Of a stretch of 64,000 nucleotides of DNA, positions 56,681 through 64,000 are shown in pieces. The notes beneath the pieces were generated by a model that was not told the DNA's origin, searched no databases, and saw nothing but the letters and a program-made list of their open reading frames with translations. Where the stretch lies: positions 35,154,001 through 35,218,000 of the forward strand of contig OZ076411.1 in the NCBI GenBank assembly GCA_964187785.1. The letters are read 5' to 3'. Made by a program: the position numbers and the translations under genes. The stretch's first letter is position 1. Every line of letters starts with the position of its first letter. The DNA is from Amphiscolops sp. MND2022 (taxonomy: Eukaryota).

Positions 56681-57244
56681 CTATTGGGAAAATTGAATTT
56701 CAGACAAAATGTCGGACCGACTTCTCTTGGCGCGCGCTTTTTTTGAAATGCTTGAGAGACTATTACTTCGCTTTCTATTGCCTGATGATTGTTTGACATT
56801 TCGTGTAACTCCGTTCTTTGCCTTCGCCGCCGACCGCTGCGGTCCGGGTTTCCGCTCGCCGACGCCGCCGCCCGGCCGAAGGGCAACACCGCTCGGCAAG
56901 TTTGTCTTTACAGTTTCAATGGCAGCCCTTTTGGCGACATTAGTCAACAGCTTACGGCTGGGCTTTTTCTTGCCTGACAAAATCTGTCCAATTTCCGGAA
57001 CGGCGCTTTCTATCAAGTTTTTGCCGACTTGTTTTGCTACAGGTAAGACGTACTTTCTAACTAGTGGAATGGCTACACGACCCATTCGAACAGCAAAAGC
57101 TCCAATGCCACCCCCAGATCCCATCTGTCTGGCTGGTCCACTGAATGTTGTGTGAGTATTGGCTTTAATTTGTGAATCGTAATGGGAATCCATTCCGGAG
57201 CCAATGAAATTAAATTGGTCAATTTGAGCGACTGTACTTTTCAC
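56681..57244 (-). CDS. Basic amphipathic virion core or membrane-active protein (first ATG at 57193)
   Basis: QMGSGGGIGAFAVRMGRVAIPLVRKYVLPVAKQVGKNL followed by an Arg/Lys-rich tail. It sits between penton and MCP, the usual position of the 'Q.G.G' Polinton protein. Confidence 0.7.
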   Translation of the reverse strand: MKSTVAQIDQFNFIGSGMDSHYDSQIKANTHTTFSGPARQMGSGGGIGAFAVRMGRVAIPLVRKYVLPVAKQVGKNLIESAVPEIGQILSGKKKPSRKLLTNVAKRAAIETVKTNLPSGVALRPGGGVGERKPGPQRSAAKAKNGVTRNVKQSSGNRKRSNSLSSISKKARAKRSRSDILSEIQFSQ

Positions 57245-57269
57245 AAATTTCAGAATGAATGATGTCTGG

Positions 57270-58304
57270 TCAGTGTCGAGGTGTTGGTCTAAAAGCCAAA
57301 GTCACATTGGTGCGACCGCAACTCAAGAAGGGAATTTTTTGACCCATTTCATTGGCGAGCGTGACGTTGATTGACTGAAATTGCGATTTAATGACGCGTT
57401 TCCACTGCAGATTGCTGAAACTTTTGTGATTCATCTCTCCCAACGTCTGCACCAAAGCTAGACTTTTAACGGGAATCGATCGCAAGAGTGCCGTCTGCTT
57501 ATCGCCCAATGTTTGGTTTTGCACGAGGTCGCAATACAAAAACATGGTATGGCTGCCTGCATTCAAGTCAACTGGCCATTTTCCAACATGCTTGACAATT
57601 GTGTTTGATGCAGATTCTGTATCGATCTCTTCCACTGCTTCTTTTTGTGACTCACCACAATCAATGATTACATTCGTGCCCAAAATGTTTCGCAAATCAT
57701 TGGACTCGGTGAAAATTCTCAACCCATATTGTTTGTGATTTCCGCAAAATTTAACATGTAGTTTTCTCGTTACATTGTCAACTTTCCATGACAAAAGTGA
57801 TAAGACATTGTCAGGGGATGATGAGATTCGTTTTCTTCCAATTTGTTCTTCTCCCATGGCAATTTTTGTGATTGATGCTAAAATTGAATCGACCGATGTA
57901 TAACATCCCGGTTTTAGGCGGTGCTTTACAGGAGCTGTGTAAAACGGGAGAGTCGAAGCAGGAGATTGACTCTCGAATGCTGCAGGAATCGCCATTGAAA
58001 TGGCACCGGGTCGGTTGTGCTTGCGTGGTCGCTTCTCGACTGGCGACTGGATGTTTCGTTTGTATACTGTGAATTTTCCCACAGTCACATTCTGGATAAT
58101 ATTGGGCCAAGCAATTTCCCGTAGAGCCACCTGACACTCGCCGGAAAGATGAATTGGTGTCGGTAAAAGAGTCGTAAAACTGGACAATGTGTTTTCGGGA
58201 AAAGTATCCATAGAAGCATTGGAAATGAGATTCATGGTGAATTCTTGGTTGCAACTTGAATGCTCAACACTTGCTGACAGTCCGTCCATCGTTGACACAG
58301 TCAA
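57270..58304 (-). CDS. Minor capsid protein (penton-like); start uncertain (TTG 58304, ATG 58289 or 58235)
   Basis: NLISNAS..FPEN..SSF..LLP.PI.LSGE.QVAL.EI.WP and MFLYCDLV..LGD..TALLRSIP are Polinton penton motifs. Confidence 0.88.
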   Translation of the reverse strand: MTVSTMDGLSASVEHSSCNQEFTMNLISNASMDTFPENTLSSFTTLLPTPIHLSGECQVALREIAWPNIIQNVTVGKFTVYKRNIQSPVEKRPRKHNRPGAISMAIPAAFESQSPASTLPFYTAPVKHRLKPGCYTSVDSILASITKIAMGEEQIGRKRISSSPDNVLSLLSWKVDNVTRKLHVKFCGNHKQYGLRIFTESNDLRNILGTNVIIDCGESQKEAVEEIDTESASNTIVKHVGKWPVDLNAGSHTMFLYCDLVQNQTLGDKQTALLRSIPVKSLALVQTLGEMNHKSFSNLQWKRVIKSQFQSINVTLANEMGQKIPFLSCGRTNVTLAFRPTPRH

Positions 58305-59482
58305 TTTGGAGCGAATCGCACGAGTTCAGGTTCGTAAAATTTTCCTTGTATAATTTCGCCGTCGCAGTCTTTGACAATATAAGTTGGAGGGTTGTTGGTT
58401 GGTATTGCCGCAATTTTAAACAATTCTTCCGTGAACTGTATTTTGTAACCTCGATGAAAAGTGTCAATCTTGCGCCTAATGCGAACTTGTTGGCCAATTC
58501 TGAATTTTGGCTTCTTTTGGGCGTTGGTGTGACAGAGAGAAACTAAATAGTTGACGTCCTTTTGTGAAACCGAAGACGGTGCCAACTTTGTCATACGGTT
58601 CACTCGGTTGTTAATGATTGCCACAAATTGATCAAGTTTGTCAAAATATCTACTTTGGTCATGTTCGTGCATGTATTTGAAAATTAACGACTTCAAAGAT
58701 CTGATGTTTCTTTCGGCTAAAGCAGATTTTGTCTCGCTTTTGGTGGAATAAATCTCAATTCCACGTTGACTGCAAAAAGTGGCAAATTCGCCCGAGAATT
58801 CACGACCGTTGTCGACCCAAAGTTTTTCTGGTTGGTGTGTTTCACGACAAATTTTGGGATTTCGTGACTTGTCATTCTTGGCGAATATTTTTTTCAAAGC
58901 TTCCCTACACGCATGGGCCGTTTTCACCTTGATGGGTTCAACCCATAAGTAACGACTCAGGACGTCAACAGCGACGAATAGGTATCTGATGCCGGCATTA
59001 GTGTTTGCCAGTTTTTGCATGTCTGCCAAGTCTATTGACCAAATTTCGTTCAGTCTATAGCTAATAACCTTCAACCGTGGAAAACGTTTTCGGGGTAATT
59101 TGAATTTTGTGTAAGTTTCGCTCGAGTTTAAATAACGGTCTACATCTTGTGGCCGGAACTTTGATGCTTTAATCAAGCTTCGTCTACTCCCAAAAGCTGA
59201 TGTATTTCCAGGATTCGTGTAGTGATCATGAATTTTTGGAAACGCAACTGCATAGTCTCCGTCCTTTTCATCATCGAGCAAGACTCGGCTTTCTCGACAA
59301 TGTGAACACAAAAAATTGTCGTGATATTCTTTGCTGTCTGTTAGCCCGCTGCACTTGAAGTGAATCCATCCGCAAACGTGGCACCAAAGCGATGGAGTTT
59401 TCTTGGAACCTTTGCCGAGACTTTTTTTGCATGATCCACAAACCCACTTCTTGTTTCCCATTTTCAGAAATTTGTAAGCCAC
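58301..59482 (-). CDS. Retroviral-like DDE integrase with N-terminal PHD finger (first ATG at 59461)
   Basis: WSIDLADM, LWVDNGREF and KSALAERNIRSLK give an intact D-D-E triad. C-terminus KFRIGQQVRI..F.RGY..FTEE.F. N-terminus CGSC..CHVC.W.H.KC..CSHC. Confidence 0.93.
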   Translation of the reverse strand: MAYKFLKMGNKKWVCGSCKKSLGKGSKKTPSLWCHVCGWIHFKCSGLTDSKEYHDNFLCSHCRESRVLLDDEKDGDYAVAFPKIHDHYTNPGNTSAFGSRRSLIKASKFRPQDVDRYLNSSETYTKFKLPRKRFPRLKVISYRLNEIWSIDLADMQKLANTNAGIRYLFVAVDVLSRYLWVEPIKVKTAHACREALKKIFAKNDKSRNPKICRETHQPEKLWVDNGREFSGEFATFCSQRGIEIYSTKSETKSALAERNIRSLKSLIFKYMHEHDQSRYFDKLDQFVAIINNRVNRMTKLAPSSVSQKDVNYLVSLCHTNAQKKPKFRIGQQVRIRRKIDTFHRGYKIQFTEELFKIAAIPTNNPPTYIVKDCDGEIIQGKFYEPELVRFAPN

Positions 59483-60153
59483 TGATTAGGTACGGTTTCG
59501 CTATCAAGCTTCAGTTTCTTGTAAGGCGAGGCACCGGCAGCAAGTCTAATATGATGTTGATTTTGACTGCTAGTATGCCTAGCATAAGTGTTTGCTAGTA
59601 AAAATTGAGGAAGTCTGAGAACTTCAACCAAAGTTAAAAACTTTTTCGGTAGCTGTTTGGTATTAACCTGCAGTGCTGACAGAAACTCTACTACACTGAT
59701 TCCAGTGTCCTGTTGATCCAAAATTATGGTATGATTGGTATCATCTAATGTGGTTCGCTCACAATCTTCAATCTTTTTCAAAATTTGCCTCGACCTCTCA
59801 ACTTTACCACCCGTGACGCCAGATTCCAGTAAATTCGATAAAACTAGATCGGACGGTTTTTGGCGTGCTTCATTCACTTTCTCACTGCTTTTGCTGATAT
59901 CTTTTTCTGTGGGATACCTTGAATTTAAATTCAACTGGGCTACTAGAGCGTCCTCTGATGACTGTTTTGAGGGTTCAGAAACATCCATGTCTTTTTCTTG
60001 TCGGTGAAGGTAGTCTGTGTCTTGACCCAGATTCGAAAGTATATGTTGCTTTTGTTTTTCGCGAGCATCTGGCTTTTTGACTTGTTGCTTCAAGGATATA
60101 AACTCCTCGTGAGTGATTAAAATAAGATCGCGTAAGCTACTGCTTGCTGTCAT
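59464..60153 (-). CDS. Conserved Polinton protein of unknown function (PZ-like), 229 aa
   Basis: Intact ORF tightly packed between INT and the next gene. The C-terminal half (I.G.S..EFL..LP..LL.N..W) resembles Polinton PZ-type proteins from memory. Confidence 0.55.
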   Translation of the reverse strand: MTASSSLRDLILITHEEFISLKQQVKKPDAREKQKQHILSNLGQDTDYLHRQEKDMDVSEPSKQSSEDALVAQLNLNSRYPTEKDISKSSEKVNEARQKPSDLVLSNLLESGVTGGKVERSRQILKKIEDCERTTLDDTNHTIILDQQDTGISVVEFLSALQVNTKQLPKKFLTLVEVLRLPQFLLANTYARHTSSQNQHHIRLAAGASPYKKLKLDSETVPNQWLTNF

Positions 60154-60478
60154 GGCAATTTTTCAAATGATTCAGAACTGACGGAATGACTAGTTTCAGC
60201 AAACGCATTCCTCTGTCAGAGCCTAACACTTGACGTTTTCTTTTCAAAGAGACGCGTCTCTTGGTGCAAATTGTTTCAATGTTCGTTTTTTCGCGTGAAA
60301 GCACAGCCATTTTTCGTTGAATGTTGTTTTCAAGTTTCACTTTTCCCTTCACTACATTGAAAATGCAATCACAAAAAAATTTAATTAACTCATCAGAACA
60401 GTGGAGAATAAAAAACTTTTTCAGGGTAGGTGAAAACTTTTGGTATAAATCAAGAGTATAATAATTTTGTGAATTCAT
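60137..60478 (-). CDS. Small basic Polinton protein (PW-like), 113 aa
   Basis: LIKFFCDCIFNVVKGKVKL..KRKRQVL..LLKLVIPSVL resembles the conserved 'CEC..N+L.G.V.L' Polinton family. Confidence 0.6.
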   Translation of the reverse strand: MNSQNYYTLDLYQKFSPTLKKFFILHCSDELIKFFCDCIFNVVKGKVKLENNIQRKMAVLSREKTNIETICTKRRVSLKRKRQVLGSDRGMRLLKLVIPSVLNHLKNCHDSKQ

Positions 60479-61151
60479 CGTTTAGTGAAACAAAAAGTTG
60501 ATCTGTAGCACAATAAAAATGAGTTGGTACGTCTGCAGAGCAATGAGAGCAATATCTCAAGTTTCTATTGCTTCGAACATCCAGATCAATCATCAAATGA
60601 CCGAATGGTTCCTGCGTAGCCCTTTTATATGCCTTCATTAAAGTTGATCGCTCTCCTAGTTGACGACCCAAGATTCCAATTTGCTCTAAATCTCGCGGGC
60701 TGTTGAACAGAATCATCTGAGTGACATTCAGGTCGATCGTCTTCGAGTTTTTACATTGTTGAAAAAGGTTATGTCGCAGAACCATTAGATGTACGTTTTT
60801 GTGACGTCCAGCAATAACTAGGTCTAGAAACTCTTTAGTTTGAGCAGCTTCATCATACAAGTCGTCGATAACAACAAGAGTTCTCTGCTTCAAAGCCTCG
60901 CTTCGCTCGACAGCATTCCACTCCAAACCTTGAACAAGGTCAAGATCGACAGCTTTAGTCGAACACTCAAATCTAAGTTTTTCGTAGGAATCTTGATCGT
61001 GTTTGTAAAAATAGATTATTCTATCGAAAGACGGTCGGAAAATTTTCTCTTGGTTTGAAATCATCCTTCCAATTAAGCGTGTCTTGCCACAGCCAGCAGG
61101 CCCGACGACTGAAATGAAGCAATGCGGGTTAGTGCTGATTCTTTTGTTCAT
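60450..61151 (-). CDS. A32/FtsK-like DNA packaging ATPase
   Basis: Walker A GPAGCGKT, Walker B LVVIDD, AGRHKNV and ..HNLF..KTIDLN..LFNSPRD. The ATG at 61151 overlaps the upstream stop (ATGA). Confidence 0.93.
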   Translation of the reverse strand: MNKRISTNPHCFISVVGPAGCGKTRLIGRMISNQEKIFRPSFDRIIYFYKHDQDSYEKLRFECSTKAVDLDLVQGLEWNAVERSEALKQRTLVVIDDLYDEAAQTKEFLDLVIAGRHKNVHLMVLRHNLFQQCKNSKTIDLNVTQMILFNSPRDLEQIGILGRQLGERSTLMKAYKRATQEPFGHLMIDLDVRSNRNLRYCSHCSADVPTHFYCATDQLFVSLNDEFTKLLYS

Positions 61152-61504
61152 CGTTTTGGACCGGGTAAAACGTGGCCAACGCAAGCTGATAAAAGTGCCA
61201 AGACGCCTGATGCAAATTTGCTCTCTGAATCACAAAGCGACAGAAAAATTATACAAAAAGATATTACTGCGAGTATGATAGCATAATGAAAGAAAACTAG
61301 GAGTAACGATCTCTCCACGCGTGAGTCACAGCAATTGAAGTTGAAGGGAGGTCTTTCTTGATCAGTGTTATCGAAAATTATCCTTTCAAGATTTGGACCA
61401 GACAAATCAGCGTAGTCAAGTTGATCTTCTTGATCTCGGGGGTTTTCGTTCAACGTCAACTCGCTACAATATCCACTGCTGCGACACGTATCGATTGTGC
61501 TCAT
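61148..61504 (-). CDS. Small protein with two C-terminal hydrophobic helices, 118 aa
   Basis: SLLLVFFHYAIILAVISFCIIFLSL and FASGVLALLSACVGHVLP. Its stop overlaps the ATPase ATG. Confidence 0.7.
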   Translation of the reverse strand: MSTIDTCRSSGYCSELTLNENPRDQEDQLDYADLSGPNLERIIFDNTDQERPPFNFNCCDSRVERSLLLVFFHYAIILAVISFCIIFLSLCDSESKFASGVLALLSACVGHVLPGPKR

Positions 61505-61588
61505 AATCGTTAGTGTTTCGAATGCAACGTTTTCCCTCTAGTTCTGTTGCGACCGAACTCAAAGAGGTTCAAGGTAAGAAATGAAAAT

Positions 61589-62002
61589 TCAGAAAGGGAA
61601 TGCGTCGAAATGTTCGCGATGGAAAAGTTTGACAAACGTCCAATAAGCTATTCCGGAGACATGTCCTAGAAGCATATTATTCCGAAAGGATTGAGTTTTT
61701 GTAACGGTATAAACGTAACCAGGTCCTACGTTCTCAAAACTTCTCATGTAGCCATGAGCATCATGAAAAATTGCATGCAATCTCAATATCTTTGAAAAGT
61801 TAAAGTAGTCGTCAAGTTTGCTGTCTCCTGGTCCTATTTTGCCTCCAGACTGGGCTAAAGCATTGACTTTTCTCAAATCAACATTTTCATCCAGATAACG
61901 GCACACTGCTAGAAATGCGTTTTTAGTTGTAGTGTTTCTTGGGAACAAATAATTTACGGCGTTAAAGTTCTCACAAATTTCTCGCGCTGAAAACATTTTC
62001 AC
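61589..62002 (-). CDS. Phospholipase A2-like protein (parvovirus-type motif arrangement); first ATG at 61996
   Basis: KIGPGDSKLD (Ca-loop-like GPG) followed by LHAIFHDAHGY (HD..Y catalytic-like motif). Confidence 0.55.
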   Translation of the reverse strand: MKMFSAREICENFNAVNYLFPRNTTTKNAFLAVCRYLDENVDLRKVNALAQSGGKIGPGDSKLDDYFNFSKILRLHAIFHDAHGYMRSFENVGPGYVYTVTKTQSFRNNMLLGHVSGIAYWTFVKLFHREHFDAFPF

Positions 62003-62049
62003 TTCGTGAAAAGAAATGTATTGGATCCAACTGATTTCTAGAAAAGTTT

Positions 62050-62937
62050 TTACAAAAATGAAGTATCAATTATAGTGTCTTCATTGAAGAGAGAAAATTC
62101 AGAGTTTGTGCTTTGGTCGTCTTGTGTTTCATGTAATGGCTGATAGAGACACTCGTAGCATGTGCATTGAGCATTTGAAACACCCAAGTCAATGTCCAAC
62201 GTTCGGCTGTGCTCCGTAAGGAAAAGTCGCCCCATTCCCCGTTGTAGAAGATCGATGTAGGAAATTATTGTGTCTTTGAAAGGTGCGTCACTTTTCTCGA
62301 GCTGCAAAAGTTTCTGGAAAACGTAAAGTGCCTTCTCACTCTCGGGACAGTTTCCTAGGGAATTGTGTTTCTCAAATTCCCATGAAGATACAAACTTACA
62401 ACCCAAAGTCTCAGTTGTTTTCACTTTGATTAGCTTCTGCATCCTTTCGCCTCTGATAATTAGCGATTCATCGTGGAACATTGAGATTTCCGTTTTCATA
62501 AAGTTTTCTGGGTAAGAGACGGTTAGTAGTTTGACTTTGGCATTTTGTACATTGGATAGCGTTTGAGAAACAGACTGTTTTATCAACTTCTCGGCTCCAG
62601 AAAAATAGGGAATGTAGAGCAGTATGTGAGAGTGGTTTGAAGGCATGGATTGGCAGAAATCGTTAAGTTCACCATCGCTATTCTCTCCGTTTTTGTGCTT
62701 CCTGTAAATGAACTGACAACCATTCGAGTTTGTTAGTGTTTCGAGCATCTCTGCAACACTGACTGGCATCTCGGAATTACCTTCTTTTTGAGATTCTCGA
62801 TTTTCATCAGTGGCAAACAGAACAAGCCAATAATTGAATGGTATTTCGCGAAATACAGTAGTCATATTTTCTGATTTTTCTTCTGAGTTTGCTTCTGATT
62901 TGTAATGAGGATACTTTAATAATGGCGTTTTCGCCAA
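62050..62937 (-). CDS. Polinton ORF of unknown function, about 271-295 aa (first ATG at 62865)
   Basis: Long uninterrupted ORF, co-oriented with the structural module and next to the right TIR. No motif recognised apart from C.C..C near the acidic C-terminus. Confidence 0.6.
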   Translation of the reverse strand: MAKTPLLKYPHYKSEANSEEKSENMTTVFREIPFNYWLVLFATDENRESQKEGNSEMPVSVAEMLETLTNSNGCQFIYRKHKNGENSDGELNDFCQSMPSNHSHILLYIPYFSGAEKLIKQSVSQTLSNVQNAKVKLLTVSYPENFMKTEISMFHDESLIIRGERMQKLIKVKTTETLGCKFVSSWEFEKHNSLGNCPESEKALYVFQKLLQLEKSDAPFKDTIISYIDLLQRGMGRLFLTEHSRTLDIDLGVSNAQCTCYECLYQPLHETQDDQSTNSEFSLFNEDTIIDTSFL

Positions 62938-63209
62938 CCGTTATCTGGACAATTGCATCAATTTCATGATAGGAGGTGTCATAGGTGCCTTTTATGGGAG
63001 TTTTCCATGGAATTTCCAGAGTCTAAGTACATAGATACTGCTGTCGCTGTGTTTTTCAGTTTTCCGGAACGAACATGGCTTCACTTTGTCAGTTTATCAA
63101 AATCTCTTTACTTTTACTTCTTAATGGCCTCGGGCCTCATGTTCAGCAGAGAAAAGGTTGGACTGCTTCATATTTTCATTAATGCTAAGATTATTCACTT
63201 TTATTGCAG

Positions 63210-63459
63210 TAAGAAGCTTCATCGGTTTGCAATGTAAATAATGCTTGACATACGGCACACATTTTGAATAAAGAATCAGTTTGACCTTTGAGCTTTATGA
63301 CTTTGAAAGTTTTCGAGTTGGGAGCCCAAAACGTGCACACGAAATCTATCTTAGAATAATTTCGGTTGGGAGCCCAAAACGTGCATAAGAAATCTATCTT
63401 AGAAAATTTTCGCTTGGGAGCCAAAAACGTTCATAAACCCCCCCCCCTCCTTTACTACT
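63210..63459 (-). repeat. Polinton right TIR
   Basis: Inverted copy of the left TIR with 26 extra bp (63401-63426), ending ACTACT. Confidence 0.95.
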
Positions 63460-64000
63460 CTTACATTATAGCTAAATTGCAACTTCTTGAAGAAGTTCCT
63501 GCTGATTGCAATGCCTGATACATATTGAATTTTATCAAAGCTTATGAATGCCTCTATTTTTATTGTTTTTCTAATACCCCTGCATAGTGGGATAATAGAA
63601 TTTTAATTAGCTTTCGATTTTGCCTCTTTTGATTGAACATCGTGAGCGGAGTGTTAACAACTTCTCATTGTATTTATCCAGAAGTCGTCATAAACTCAAG
63701 ATCATAGAAACTGCGAAGCCAACTAGAGGTTCCTGTATTTGCAAGACTATAAACATGCAAAGATCTGGCTTCTTAATTATTTAGCATCCTAAGTATATAC
63801 ATGTAACCACATCAAAAGTATTCGAATATTTACTGAACTTTTTTCATACTAATTGTCGAATAATCGAAAAAGTTATTTTCTACGTACATTTTTTGAATAA
63901 CGAAAAGTCAATGGAGTATATACAAATGCTGTATCATATTTTGGATTACTTCAACAAAAAACATAGTTACCAATTGCTAAAAGAAATGTGGAGGACTTTA

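Larger units (their letters stand above)
49625..63459. mobile_element. Polinton/Maverick (adintovirus-like endogenous dsDNA virus), 13,835 bp, apparently complete
   Basis: Termini AGTAGT..ACTACT; exact 6-bp TSD CTTACA (49619-49624, 63460-63465); TIRs of about 220-250 bp; pPolB, PRO, MCP, penton, INT and ATPase all present. Confidence 0.98.

Noticed and set aside
62140-62175. Rb-binding LxCxE motif in the orphan Polinton ORF
   Set aside because: The sequence is CTCYE, lacking the required Leu; it is more likely a metal-binding Cys cluster.

Overview
AT-rich, intron-containing animal (probably invertebrate) genomic DNA; the species cannot be determined from the sequence. Four host genes lie on the + strand: the 3' exons of OSGEP/Kae1, a complete 6-exon DEF8, an Arg/Ser/Glu-rich low-complexity gene (about 19.7-28 kb) and a 2-exon HTATIP2/TIP30-like SDR. 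The rest is repeats and mobile DNA. These are a 104-bp satellite with higher-order structure (1-3270), an internally deleted hAT element, a Phantom-type Mutator element and a Mutator-type MITE in DEF8 intron 2 (both with exact 9-bp TSDs), and a degenerate Ty3/Gypsy element on the - strand (30.46-47.26 kb). That element carries an env-like ORF and an unusual RING/coiled-coil/J-domain ORF, and its 5' junction (flank+LTR+PBS+leader) is tandemly amplified 4 times. The last element is an apparently complete 13,835-bp Polinton/Maverick (adintovirus-like endogenous virus, 49625-63459) with AGTAGT termini and a CTTACA TSD. It encodes pPolB, protease, major and minor capsid proteins, integrase, ATPase and a PLA2-like protein. 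Most notable points: a host-style spliceosomal intron and C2H2 fingers in pPolB, a PHD finger on the Polinton integrase, and a J-domain ORF inside the LTR element. All coordinates, alignments and domain calls were made by eye; no database searches were run.
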